A stretch of DNA of 59,745 nt, the filler included. It is 5 parts of 5 records of this genome, joined end to end, with 100 filler letters (N's around TTAATTAATTAA, not from the genome) between each part and the next. Parts side by side here need not be neighbours in the genome. Positions count along the whole stretch, not along the records: positions 26,032 to 38,032 come from SRR31156797_3622; positions 38,133 to 46,511 come from SRR31156797_3624; 3 more parts are not named here. The stretch is one strand, 5' to 3'. Below the pieces are notes generated by a model. The model saw only the letters and a program-made list of their open reading frames with translations, was not told the DNA's origin and ran no database searches. The position numbers and the translations under genes are program-made. Shown piece after piece: positions 31,886 through 44,000 of this stretch. Every line of letters begins with the position of its first letter. Positions within the stretch are counted from its first letter, which is position 1.

Positions 31886-32509
31886 TTATTCCTCATCCAG
31901 ATCGATATTGTCCATTTCCGCTAAAAAATTGTCAACAATATCTTCAAGTTTCAATATCTGGCTGTAGTAATGTTTAACGATCTCAAGTTCGGACTCCGAA
32001 CGATCTGATCCTTCAGATTCATATTTATCAATGATCTCAGGCAATATCTTTTTAGAGGGACTAATCACGTTATCAAATTTAGTTCTCAGGGATTGTGTTC
32101 CTATAGAAACAAGGTTTTTGTCAAGGAAAAAGAATGCCTTTTTTGATCCGGGTTTGTTGAACCGCCTGACAACATGAAATTGTGAAAGGTTTTTCATAGC
32201 CGTGCTCACAGCCGACAAACTGTAACCTGTTTCGATAGCAATTTCCTCAAGTGACATTTCTTCAGTTTCAATGAACAGGGTTCCGACAATTCGTGATGAT
32301 ATCTCATCAAAATCCTGTGCCTTGAGGTTTTGAGCGATAAGCTCAATGAAATTATCTTTTGCATGGTCAGTTTCTCCGGTTATAACAGATACTCTTTCAG
32401 GATCTCTCCTTGGAGAGAGAAGAGGACATTTATGTCCTTCTTTGCAAACTCTTTTATCACCGGGACGGACAGATGCTGTTCCAGCTGTATTTTTTTCCAT
32501 ATTCCCCAT
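31886..32509 (-). CDS. GbsR/MarR-family transcriptional regulator
   Basis: 'SRIVGTLFIE..EMSLEEIA.ETGYSLSAVST', 'KPGSKK.FF'. Confidence 0.8.
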   Translation of the reverse strand: MGNMEKNTAGTASVRPGDKRVCKEGHKCPLLSPRRDPERVSVITGETDHAKDNFIELIAQNLKAQDFDEISSRIVGTLFIETEEMSLEEIAIETGYSLSAVSTAMKNLSQFHVVRRFNKPGSKKAFFFLDKNLVSIGTQSLRTKFDNVISPSKKILPEIIDKYESEGSDRSESELEIVKHYYSQILKLEDIVDNFLAEMDNIDLDEE

Positions 32510-32623
32510 ACAAATGCCTCAAGAATTATCCGCTATTGCAAAATATGCGGATAAGCTCCTTGTTTTAGTGAGGAACTACAGGGCTATAATGTTTTCTGTA
32601 AAACTCCAGAATATGAATCTTCG

Positions 32624-32905
32624 TTATTCATCAAGCATTTTCCAGGTATAGTTCAGTCCGGATCCCATTCTGATGAGCGAGGCAACAAGTATTGCTTCCT
32701 CAATTTCCTCATCCGAAATGCCGGCATCCTTTGCAAACTTTTTATTTTTCAAAAAACACGTGTCACAACCCACAGCAACGGTACTTGCCAGTGCAATGAG
32801 TTTCTTGGTCCTGCTGTCAATTGCCCCATCTTCCATGATGGTCTTTTTCAGGGAACTAAAGCCAATTTTCCTGTCAAGCTCATCGATCTTTTCTTGCTTA
32901 TTCAT
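32624..32905 (-). CDS. Carboxymuconolactone decarboxylase/AhpD-like protein
   Basis: 'DGAIDSRTKKLIAL....GCDTC', 'AGISDEEIEEA'. Confidence 0.85.
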   Translation of the reverse strand: MNKQEKIDELDRKIGFSSLKKTIMEDGAIDSRTKKLIALASTVAVGCDTCFLKNKKFAKDAGISDEEIEEAILVASLIRMGSGLNYTWKMLDE

Positions 32906-33225
32906 TAGTTTCTCTCCTCTACATTCTCTAGAAAAGCTTCACCTCGTGGTGATATTTGATAAATCAGTTGTTCACTGTCCTCAACTTTGTCTACGTAGAG
33001 GGCATTTTCCAGCATTTCAACATGGAACTTTGCCATTGAACCATTGATGTCCAGCTTATCTCCTATTTCTTCTATGCATAGTGACTCCCCATTTAAGATC
33101 TTGAGTATTTTGCGACGTGTAGGATTTTGCATGGTTCTTAGTCCGATTGCATGGTCTTCAGTTGGATTTGCCTTTGATCGTCCTTCTTTTTCTACTCTTT
33201 TAAGCCATTCCTCTTTTTTGTTCAT
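32905..33225 (-). CDS. ArsR-like winged-helix protein
   Basis: 'QNPTRRKILK', 'AKFHVEMLE', 'SPRGEAFL'. Confidence 0.8.
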   Translation of the reverse strand: MNKKEEWLKRVEKEGRSKANPTEDHAIGLRTMQNPTRRKILKILNGESLCIEEIGDKLDINGSMAKFHVEMLENALYVDKVEDSEQLIYQISPRGEAFLENVEERN

Positions 33226-33546
33226 CGTACTACCTCTATTGGTATTTAGAATATTCTGTACTTTCAGTATTTGCTGAAAGTAATAAAACTTAGGTGTATT
33301 TAAAATTGTTGTGTGGTTAATACCCCCCTCATTTTCTCCTCCAAAGAATCAATAGGGACTAAAAGCATGGTTCATTATTCGTCATTGACGATGAGGCAAG
33401 TAAGATCTCAGATGATGGCTATCATCGTGTGAAAATGTACGTCCAATCATCGGTGCTACTACAGGTAATTAATTAAGTATGAGGATAGAATATCTTAATT
33501 ATATCGATCTGCTAATCCTATAACAATTATCTGAGGCAGGGGTTAC

Positions 33547-36500
33547 ATTATCAGCATAAATACCATCAATTCGGACATCGACTTAATCGAGGACATGACG
33601 CCGGGGAAGTATTTTTCCCTGTTGTATGAGAACACTGAAGAGTTTGTGGACATAGTGGCTGCATTCTTCGATGCGGGTTTCAGGAACAATGAATGCTGCC
33701 TGTGGGGAATCTCAGGCCAGCTTGACTCTGACAATGCCCAGGAGCTCCTGAAAGGTGCAGGAATAGATGTTGAAAAATATCTGGAGAACGGACAGCTTAT
33801 GCTGACGGCCTGCAATGAATGTTATATTGCCGGCGAGGGCGCAGTCTCTGAGATGGACCTCGATAAATGGGAAGAGCTTTACAATATTGCAATAGCCGAC
33901 GGCTTCAATGGTTTGAGGATAGTTGACAAGTTCACCATCGTAGGTGATGATGCCTGGGAAAGGTTTGTGGAGTATGAGAAAAAGGCAATGGACCTTATCA
34001 GAATGAAAGGTATCGTTGCAATATTTGCCTTTTTAATGAAAGCGCGTACAAGACCGGAGATCATCGAGGTAATTGGAACGCATGACGGCACTATCATCAA
34101 GAAGGATGACAGATGGACGTTGCTACAGAGCTCTTCATCATGTCAGACCATTCAAAAAGATTCTCACTTCCCGGAAGATATGCTTGAGAATGTATGGACA
34201 GGTGTCTGGGCTGTGGATAAGCATGATAACATTGTCTACTTTAATAAAGGAATGGAATCCATATCAGGTCTTAAAAAAAGCGATGTTTTCGGAAAGAAAC
34301 TGGTCAGTTTCTTGCCTCCGCATCCGGATGAGAGTGAACCGGGATTCGTAGATATCTTCCAGTCAGTTAAAGAAGGTCTGAACTCAAGAAGCTATGATAT
34401 TTTCCCTTTCATCAAACCTGACGGTCAGTTTATATATCACAGTGGATTTCTGTTGTCGCTTACAGATGATGATGGCAATTATGCCGGAATGCTGGGAACC
34501 GTCGGAAAACTCGTGGAACAAAAGATCGACCATGGAGCACTGAAGGACAGGTTCAAGTCAATCGAGAAGCAGGAGGATATCTACAGGCAGAGTCCTGTTG
34601 TTGCTTTCCTGTGGAGTGCTGAAGATGACTGGCCTGTGATATCTGTCTCAGAGAACATTTCCCAGTTCGGCTATGATCCCGTCGACCTGACATCCGGTGC
34701 TATTAAGTACGGTGACATAATCCATCCTGATGATATTGAGCATGTGAAACACGATGTAACCCAGACGGAGGTAGAAGGAAAGATGTTCTTCTCCAAGGAA
34801 TATCGTCTCATCACAAAATCAGGGGAACAACGCTGGGTAACTGAGAGATCACATCTTATCAGAGATGAAGCTGGGGGTCCTGCTTACTATCAGGGTATCA
34901 TCATTGATGTCACAGAAAAGAAAACAGCTGAAGAGGCAGCTTTTGATGCCGAGAAGAAATATCGTATGATCTTTGAGAATTCTCCGTTCGGTGTATTTCA
35001 TTTCGATGAGAAAGGTATCATTACTCACTGCAATGAAAAGTTTTTAGAGATAATGCAACTTAAGAGAAAAGAGGATTTAATAGGCTTCAATATTATTGAC
35101 TCGATCGTAGATGAGAAAATGAAAAAAGCTGTTTCCGATGTTTTTTCAAGGAAGGTCGGTCACTTTGAAGGTGCATACCATACAGTTACAACCGATATCA
35201 CGATCAACATCAAGGCTGATTACAGTCCTAATATAGCGGAAGATGGAACATTTCTTGGTGGTATAGGGGTCTTTGAGGATATCTCCAAGCGCAAGATGGC
35301 TGAAGAAAAACTGCTCAAGAGCGAAGCTCTTCTCGCTGAGGTAAGCAGGATCGCCAAAGTAGGGGGCTGGGAATTTGATGCGTCAACTGGCAAGGGGACA
35401 TGGACTCCTGAAATTGCAAGGATCCATGAACTAGATCCTTCAACTCCTACGGATGTTGATATGGGATTAAGTTTCTACCCACCGGGGTCAAGAGAACTTA
35501 TCGAAAAAGCTGTTACTGATGCTGTGCAAAAAGGTGAACCTTATGACCTTGAACTTGAACTTATCACAGCTAAAGGTACGCATAAATGGGTTAGAACAAT
35601 TGGAAATCCAATAATAGAAGACGGTAAAGTCGTGACTGTCACCGGGGCATTACAGGATATCACAGAACGTAAAAAGGCCGAAGAAGCTGTCCACGAGGCC
35701 GAGAAAAAATACCGCCTCATCTTTGAGAACTCCCCACTGGGTATCTTCCATTTTGATGCAGAGGGGACCGTTACCCATTGTAATGAGAAGTTCCTGCAGA
35801 TAATAGGCTTGAAGAAAAAGGATGATGTCATAGGCTTCAATATGGTCTCCGGTATCAAGGATAAGATTATGAGGGCGGCTGTAGATGATGTTCTTTCCAG
35901 AAAGGTAGGGCATTACGAAGGCAAGTACCATACTGTTCTCAGCGGAAAGGACATCTACCTCAAGGCCGATTATAGTGCCAACATAGCTGATGATGGTACT
36001 TTCCTCGGTGGAATAGGTATATTTGGTGATATCTCTGTACGTAAAAAGGCCGAGGAGGGCCTGCGTCTGGATGAATCACGTCTGGAAGCTCTCTGGAAGC
36101 TCAACCAGATGTCGGATATCTCATTGAAGGAGATCGCTGATTTTGTGCAGAAGGAGGCTGTAAGGCTTACCCAGAGCAAGATTGGTTATCTTGCTTTCCT
36201 TGACGATGAAGGCAGTAATCTCACTGTGTACTCATGGTCAAAGAATATCATGGAGGACTGTAAGGTCAAGGGTAAGAAACTGGAATATCCTCTTGATAGC
36301 ACAGGCCTGTGGGGAGAGTCTATAAGGCAGAGAAAATCTATCATTGTAAATGATTTCCAGGCCCCTAATCCATTGAAGCATGGTTATCCACAGGGACACA
36401 TAACAATAAAGCGTTACATGGGGATCCCTATCTTCGATGGTAAGAAGATAGTGGGTGATGCCGGAGTTGCGAACAAGGGGAAAGATTATGATGCTGCCGA

Positions 36501-37347
36501 TGTCAGACAACTGACGTTGTTCATGGAAGGCATGTGGAGGATTATCCAGCGTAAGAGGGCGGAGGATAAGTTGCGTGAATATGCTGATGAGCTTGCAAGG
36601 GCAAATACTGAACTATCCAGGGCCAACGAAGAACTGATGTCTCTTGACAAGATGAAGGATGATTTCCTTTCCAATGTGAGTCATGAGTTCAAGACGCCGC
36701 TGACATCGATACAGGGCTACAGTCAGTTGATCGGTGATGAAACTCTGGGTTCTGTGAATGAGCAGCAGAAGAAGGCTGTAGATACTGTTATCCGTAATTC
36801 AGAGAGGCTTCGCAGACTTGTGGATTCACTTTTATATCTCAGCAGGGCACAGTCAGGCAAGTTGAACTATTCATTTGATAATATCGACATCAAAGATGTC
36901 ATCGATAATTCCATTCAGGATCTCATGCTTCAGGCAGAGAGCAAGAACATCGAGATTATCAGGGCTATTCAGGATGAGCTCCCAATGGTGAATGCTGACC
37001 GTGACAAGATGATGGATGTCTTTGTAAATCTGATTGATAATGCTGTAAAGTTCACACCGGAAGGCGGCAGAATCACCATATCGGCCCACTCTTCTGAGGA
37101 TTCAGTCTATATCAACGTGGAAGATACAGGCATTGGTATCCCGGAGGACAAAATACCAAAGCTCTTTGAGAGGTTCTATCAGGTGGATTCCTCCGTAAAG
37201 AGAAGGTACGGCGGGACCGGTCTTGGTCTGTATATATGTAAGAAGATAGTTGAGGATCATAAGGGAGATATCCATGTCACAAGCGAGGACGGAAAGGGGA
37301 CAACAATGCATATCCATCTTCCTTTGCAACAGCCAGGCCCTGAATGA
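33547..37347 (+). CDS. MEDS-PAS(x5)-GAF histidine kinase
   Basis: N-terminal MEDS-like domain, PAS repeats, GAF, 'SHEFKTPL', 'NAVKFT', 'GGTGLGL'. First ATG is 33595, but MEDS-like sequence extends upstream towards an ATT at 33547. Confidence 0.88.
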   Translation: MISINTINSDIDLIEDMTPGKYFSLLYENTEEFVDIVAAFFDAGFRNNECCLWGISGQLDSDNAQELLKGAGIDVEKYLENGQLMLTACNECYIAGEGAVSEMDLDKWEELYNIAIADGFNGLRIVDKFTIVGDDAWERFVEYEKKAMDLIRMKGIVAIFAFLMKARTRPEIIEVIGTHDGTIIKKDDRWTLLQSSSSCQTIQKDSHFPEDMLENVWTGVWAVDKHDNIVYFNKGMESISGLKKSDVFGKKLVSFLPPHPDESEPGFVDIFQSVKEGLNSRSYDIFPFIKPDGQFIYHSGFLLSLTDDDGNYAGMLGTVGKLVEQKIDHGALKDRFKSIEKQEDIYRQSPVVAFLWSAEDDWPVISVSENISQFGYDPVDLTSGAIKYGDIIHPDDIEHVKHDVTQTEVEGKMFFSKEYRLITKSGEQRWVTERSHLIRDEAGGPAYYQGIIIDVTEKKTAEEAAFDAEKKYRMIFENSPFGVFHFDEKGIITHCNEKFLEIMQLKRKEDLIGFNIIDSIVDEKMKKAVSDVFSRKVGHFEGAYHTVTTDITINIKADYSPNIAEDGTFLGGIGVFEDISKRKMAEEKLLKSEALLAEVSRIAKVGGWEFDASTGKGTWTPEIARIHELDPSTPTDVDMGLSFYPPGSRELIEKAVTDAVQKGEPYDLELELITAKGTHKWVRTIGNPIIEDGKVVTVTGALQDITERKKAEEAVHEAEKKYRLIFENSPLGIFHFDAEGTVTHCNEKFLQIIGLKKKDDVIGFNMVSGIKDKIMRAAVDDVLSRKVGHYEGKYHTVLSGKDIYLKADYSANIADDGTFLGGIGIFGDISVRKKAEEGLRLDESRLEALWKLNQMSDISLKEIADFVQKEAVRLTQSKIGYLAFLDDEGSNLTVYSWSKNIMEDCKVKGKKLEYPLDSTGLWGESIRQRKSIIVNDFQAPNPLKHGYPQGHITIKRYMGIPIFDGKKIVGDAGVANKGKDYDAADVRQLTLFMEGMWRIIQRKRAEDKLREYADELARANTELSRANEELMSLDKMKDDFLSNVSHEFKTPLTSIQGYSQLIGDETLGSVNEQQKKAVDTVIRNSERLRRLVDSLLYLSRAQSGKLNYSFDNIDIKDVIDNSIQDLMLQAESKNIEIIRAIQDELPMVNADRDKMMDVFVNLIDNAVKFTPEGGRITISAHSSEDSVYINVEDTGIGIPEDKIPKLFERFYQVDSSVKRRYGGTGLGLYICKKIVEDHKGDIHVTSEDGKGTTMHIHLPLQQPGPE

Positions 37348-37475
37348 GATTCAATGGCTATTTATTTGTAAGTCCTTTTCCTTTTAGGTATGTATGTCTG
37401 AGACCTGAGAATACACTGCTTATCGGGTCAGACAACTATCATATTAGTCTACATCTGTTCATACATGGTGAAATT

Positions 37476-38032
37476 ATGAAAGTTATAATCATAGGTGGGT
37501 TTCTTGGTAGCGGAAAAACAACTACTTTGAGGAATTTAGGCAAACATCTGATCGATAAGGGACACAAGATTGCTATAATAGTCAATGAGGTCGGTGAGGT
37601 CGGAGTCGACGGCGAGACTATCTCAAGCAGTGGGCTTGTCACGAAAGAGCTTACCAGTGGTTGTATCTGTTGTTCGTTAAAGGTAAGTATGGAGTACACC
37701 CTGCAGACCATTATTGAAGACTATGAACCTGATGTCGTTATCATCGAACCTACGGGAATAGCCTTCCCTCTTCAGATCAAGGAGCATATCGAACTTATGG
37801 ACCTTGGAGAGGTGTCGTTTGCACCTGTTGTTTCCATTGTGGATGCAAGTCGTTTTGGCGCTGAATGGGAACAGATCCCCAGGTTCATAGAGAATCAGAT
37901 CAAGGAGTCTGAGATTGTCTGTGTCAATAAGATCGACCTTGTTGATAATGAAGCTATAGCAGCTGCAACTCAGATGGTGCTGGGGATAAACCCTGATGCA
38001 ATAGTTGTGGAGTTCTCTGCAAAGAATGCTGA
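37476..38032 (+). CDS. CobW/HypB/UreG (COG0523) metal-binding GTPase (3' truncated)
   Basis: 'GGFLGSGKTT', 'GCICC', 'IEPTG', 'NKID'; SD GGTGA before ATG 37476. Confidence 0.9.
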
Positions 38033-38132
38033 NNNNNNNNNNNNNNNNNNNNNNNNNNNNNNNNNNNNNNNNNNNNTTAATTAATTAANNNNNNNNNNNN
38101 NNNNNNNNNNNNNNNNNNNNNNNNNNNNNNNN
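38033..38132. other. Artificial contig linker
   Basis: Same spacer. Confidence 0.99.
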
Positions 38133-40997
38133 ATACTCATTTTTATTTGTTGCAAGATTTAAAATTTCAGAATCACTGCTTTTTCTGCTGTCTACTAAAC
38201 TTTGAATTCTAAAAAAGTAACTAGCTGTATGTCCATCCTTATACTGAACTTCTATAAGTGTTTCTCCATACTCGTCAGGTATATAACTAAACTCTACTGC
38301 ACTATTTTTTGTAGTTACCTTTCCGCTATTTATTAACTCCGTTTCATAATTAGTTTTAAAGTGTTTTTTAAATTCATTAATATTATCGTAATCCCACCAC
38401 CAATATTGTCTGTTATAATAAACTCTATAGTTTAAGACTTCGTCTTTTATAGGATTTCCGTTTTTATCAACTAATAAAGCTTTCATTTTGACTGCTTTTC
38501 CTAATTTATATTCACCGTTTTTAACTGCTTTAATTCCTACATATTTATCATAAAAATCTACTTCGAATATTTTACTATCAGGTACAGGTCTTCCACCTTT
38601 TTCAAGCGCTTTGGCTTTAACCACAGCTTTTAAACCTGATGGTACTGCAGATAATTCCGGAATATTCCACTTTGCAGTATAATTTCCCTCTACATCACTT
38701 TCACCTTTAAATTTTAAACTTTTTATTTTACTGAAATTTTTAGCGGGATTATTAAAGGTAAAATCAGAATATTTTTTAAACTTCTTCTCAAATGCAACTA
38801 ATTCCATATCTGCTTCGACTTTATGCCTTTTGGCAGGATTTCCAAAGAGATATTTTACATTTACATTAATATCTAGCTCACTATTAACTTTAAGTGCTTT
38901 TTCTGTTTTATTTTCTATATCAAGCTTTAATTTATATGGAACAACCGTTTCAATTTTAATAGGATGACTAAACTGTTTTGCTCCAGCATCAATGTCCACA
39001 CGCCACTTCCCAGTTATGTCACTTAGAGAACTTTTAAAAGTATAGTTATAGAAACCATCTATTCCTTCTTTACTTACATATTCTTGAACTTTAGTATTTC
39101 TAGGATTATATATTTTGAATATTACCGGATGATTTACAGGGAAAGTATTATCTTTATTTCTTAAAATAACAGATATATTTATTTCATCTCCCGGTCTGTA
39201 CACACCTCTCTCAGTATAGATAAAAGCTCTCATATCAAGTTCATAAGGATTTACTCCTCCTGTATTTAATATCGAACTTGATAATTTATCACTTCTTATA
39301 TTCAGTAAAGATACTTGATTTTTATATGTTACTTCTATATATTTCAGTTTATCTTTATTAAAATCCTTAAATGATACTTTTCCATTTTTATTACTTGTAG
39401 CACTTGAGATTATCCCATTTGAAGAACTCTTTAATGAGACTTTTGCTTCTGATATTAGAGAGTTATTCACAACGTTTACAGCATAAACATTCAGCTTATC
39501 TTTCTCCTCTTTGACAATTATACCAATATCACTAATAACTATTGGTTTCTCTACTTTACCATTTTCATTGATGTATCTCTTTATTCTCGAATATGACCAA
39601 CCACCAGCAAACTCATAGAGTAAGTCGTCCACACCATATTCAAGCTCAATTATAAACATACCTTTTTTATTTTTTCTAAAAAGTTCTGCTAAATCTATCT
39701 CTGATTGAAGCCACCTGTTTTTCTCTTCACCGATCTCTATTACTTTATCTACAACAACTTTACCTAGTTTTTCAGTATTAGAGATTTTTCTGTTTTTACT
39801 TCCAAAATAAGAAGTAAGATTTAAAAAAGAGTTTATATCTTCTCTGTAAATCTCTTTTACTTTTAAACGAAGTTTCTTAACGTTAACTGTTTTAAATCTA
39901 ATTTTTTCTTTATTCGTAGCAGGAATAAATATACCATTACTTGAAAATTCTACTTTCGGCTCTATATCTTTGATAGTTATAGTTCTGGTAAACTCTTTGT
40001 CAAGTAAGTACCCATTTCTACTTTTTAAACCTTTATTGAATTTGATACTATATCTTTCACCTGGTCTGAAATCTCCATTTATGAGTACTTTATTTCCTTT
40101 AACTCTAAGTTTAGCAGTTAAAAAAGGTTTAACCTGAATAAATCCTTTATAGTTACCATTTTTGATTAAATCATCGGAAAAGCTAATTTCAACACCTGTT
40201 TCACCATTTCTATCAACTTCATAAACATTTCTAATATTTAAGTTACCTGCTGAAGACATTCTGTAATCTCTAATGTATTTATTAGTAAGATTTAATTTCA
40301 TATCATCTATTTCAAGAGTTCCTTCTTTAATGTATTTGTCTTTTTTAATTATTCTTGATTTAAATTTAAATACTTTATTATCTCCTGTTTCAAAAATATC
40401 AATTTTTTCATTTTTGAATCTTTCTGAAATTTTATCATCTCTAAATAAAAATTTTACTGCTTTTTTTACAGTTTTTAAATCAGTTTTATAATTAAAATAT
40501 ATTGTTCCTTCAAATGCATAATCCTCTTTATCATCAGAATTCTGATATCTAAATCCCGCATCTACTGCCCCTACTTCTCTACCATAAACATAAAAGGATA
40601 ACTCAACTTTTTTCTTTTTAAAATTAGGCTCTGCCGGAAAAAGAGCTTCAAGAGATAAAGTTCCCCTATAATTTTTTCTCATTTTCATATCTTTTTTAGG
40701 TTTAAAAACCAATGTATTTGCATCTTCCCAGTATGTCTCACCTGATATATATGGTTTAAATTTAAATACTCTGTTTTTTATCTTTTTATTAAACTTTTTC
40801 TCACTTACCTGCTTGTCTTTAAATTTAACTATTATTAAACCATCAGGATATAAACTGCCCGCTGTTTTTTCAGATATTATAAAATTTTCTTTATATTCAA
40901 AATTAAAATCTAGAGCGTCATCTCCCGTTACTTGTATCGAAAAAATCGTAAGTATTAGTAATAACACTAACTTATATAAATAAATTCTCATTTTCAT
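38133..40997 (-). CDS. Bacterial alpha-2-macroglobulin (MG domains; 3' truncated)
   Basis: 'ISDIGII', 'FIYTERGVYRPGD', 'TGKWRV', 'YLFGNPA', 'YVGIK', 'YWWW'. Confidence 0.88.
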
Positions 40998-41006
40998 TAT
41001 TCCCCC

Positions 41007-44000
41007 CTATTTTGAACCATGTTTTCTGAGAAGGTCTCTCATTTTTCTGAATTTTGCAACATCAATAGCTTTATTCCCTATATTGTTTTTTATATTCGGA
41101 TCAGTATTATTAAGCAATAGTTTTTCAGCTACATCATAATAATTATTTGCAGCAGCGTACATCAGTGCTGTATCTCCATAATTATCAGCGTAATTCAAAT
41201 CAATTTTTTTCCCTATAAGATAATTTATTAACTGAGAATTTTTTATATCTATTGCATACATTAGTAAATTTTGCCCATTATTATCTCTATAAGTTATATT
41301 ATCCCCTGTCTCAAGCCACTGAATCAACTCATCAGTATCGGCTCGCTCAAATAAAGCGATAAGTTGCTCTTTTTTTCTCGTTGTATCCCAATCGATGAAT
41401 GCTGTTCTTACACTATAATTATTTGGAAGTTTATAGATAATATCTCTTAAATCTCTTCCTCTATTATCTTCTATAGTTGTAATTGCACCATTTTCCAAAA
41501 GGTATAACATCTCATCTGCTTGATTTTTTCTATTTTCTTTCTGATTTAGAGCATTTAAAGCAATCTTAAATATAGTCGTTTGGCCATTCCAATCTCTAAT
41601 ATTAAAATCTTGCTCTCTAAAATAATCTCTGTATTTTTTATAATCTGACAAACCATTTTTTCTAATTAAAATATCAAAACTATTATGATAGTTCTCTGAT
41701 TTTTTTATACTCTTATTTGTTTTAGAATCAACTACAATAATTACTCTGTCTCGTTTAGATTTTTTATTAATATTCGCATCTTTTTCAAGTAAATAATCAG
41801 CTATTTCGTAATTTTCATAATAGAAGGCGTACATTAAAGGACTCCATCCATTATTATCCGAAATATCATTATTAAATTGATATTTTAATTTTTTATATAT
41901 AGTTTTTAAAAATTCTAAATTATCAACTTGAGCTGCAATATGCAGTATATTTTGCCCATTATATGTATCATTAACTATATCTGAATTTTTAGAAAGTAAA
42001 TTCTCATAAAGAGTTTTATTGTTATTTTTTACACTGTAAAAAAACAGCGGAGTAATATAGCTGCTATTATGCTTAATCAAATAATCTGATATCACTAAAT
42101 TTCCTGATTTTGAAGCAAAATCAAATATACTGTCATCTATTTTTATCATTTTATTATTTACCAAAAAATCTATCATTTGCTCTGTTTTACTTCTTTCCAG
42201 TATATCCAAAACTTCATTTTTACTCAATTTATAACCTGAAACCAGCATCTCTTTTATGATTTTTGTATTTTTTTCATTAAAACTTCTACTTTTTTTAACT
42301 TCATCAAAAAGAGTTATTCCTCTTCCATCTTTTACTTCTGTTTTCCCACCCTTTCCTAGCATCAAACTAACCATGTCATACATCTTTCTTCTATATGCTT
42401 CTATGATAGCCACTTCTTTATAATTACTCTGAAGGTTAATATCTGCTCCTGAGTATATAAGAAGTTTGGCTATATCTTCATTTTCATTTTTTATTGCTTC
42501 TATTAGTCCTATTTTTCCTGATCTGTATTTAACATCTGCTTTCGCACCTTTTGATATCAATTTCTCCGCAATTTTATGGTTCTTAATTTTAATTGCATAT
42601 CCCAAAATATCATTACCGTTATTTTTAAAGTTTCCATAACTTATTTTCTCCAACATTTTAACCAACAAATCTGGATTATTAACTTTTGATGCATAATCTA
42701 CAGCACTGTTTCCATCATAATCTTTAGTATCAAAGTTAATATTTTTATCCATAAGATAGTTTATTATTTCAATGTTTTGTTTCTCTATACTTTTTAATAA
42801 TACATTCTGTCCATAACTATTTACTAAGTTAACATCTGCACCTTTTTCTATAAGTTCAATTACAAATTCTTGATTATCAAGCTCCATAGAAGCAAGTAGA
42901 ACAGTATTCCCTTCATCATCTACTGATTTAACATCTGCACCTGCTGTTATTAAAAGTTTGGCTAACTCAAGGTTGCTCTCTTTTAATGCTATTATCAGAG
43001 TAGTTTCACCAAGAGTGTTTTTTTCATTAATTACACTTTTGTTTTTTAATAACAACTCTGTAGATTTATAAGCATTATTTTTAACTGCAAGAATTAATGG
43101 AGTATTTCCATCTTTATCTTTTAAACTATAATCAAAATTCTCATCTAAAACTTTATTCAATAGTACAGTGTTATCAGTTTGACATATCCAAGTAAATAAT
43201 TTTAGATAATCTTGATTATCTTTCTTTACATTTTTTTCAATAAAATAATCCCACATATATGAAATTATATCTTTTTCATTATAAGCCACAGCTATATCTA
43301 TAAAGTTTCCTTCAGAATTGTTTTTTAATGAAACATCTATATTATTAGCAATTAATATCTTAATTAAATCTAAATCTCCCATAATTGAAGCTGTCATTAA
43401 AAAAGTCATACCGTCTTTATCTCTGTAGTTTATTGTTCCTAATTTAGTTATTACATTATTCAGTAAATTTTCTTTATATCTTGCTAGAATTGAATAAGCA
43501 TCTTTATACTCTAGTTTATCAATTTTTTTTATAAGCGATGACAGTACATTAACACTCATTACACTTTTATCTCTAAAATTATTTAGATAAAGCCTTACAA
43601 TATTTGTGCCGTTTCTATCTTTTTCTATAATTACATCCATATTACGAATCAGCATCTGGACAGCTTCAATATTCTTAAGTTTTATAGCTTTAACCAGAGG
43701 AGTTTCTATATAACTCATCTCTCGTTTATTATCAAAATCAGCATTCATTAAATCCTGAGCAATCTCATTTTCACTCATATAAATTGCAAATATGCTATCA
43801 TTCGTTGTATCTTTTTTTATTCCACTCTCTTTTCTTAAATTTATGATTTTTTCTGCAAAAGTTTTATTCTTAACTCTAAGAGCATAACTCAGCACGCTAT
43901 ATCCATTTAAATCTTCATTATAACTCTCTTCTGCTTTAAGAGTAGCAAACATAGAATTAATTTGACTTTGATGATTATTTTCTATCGCATACATAAGTAA

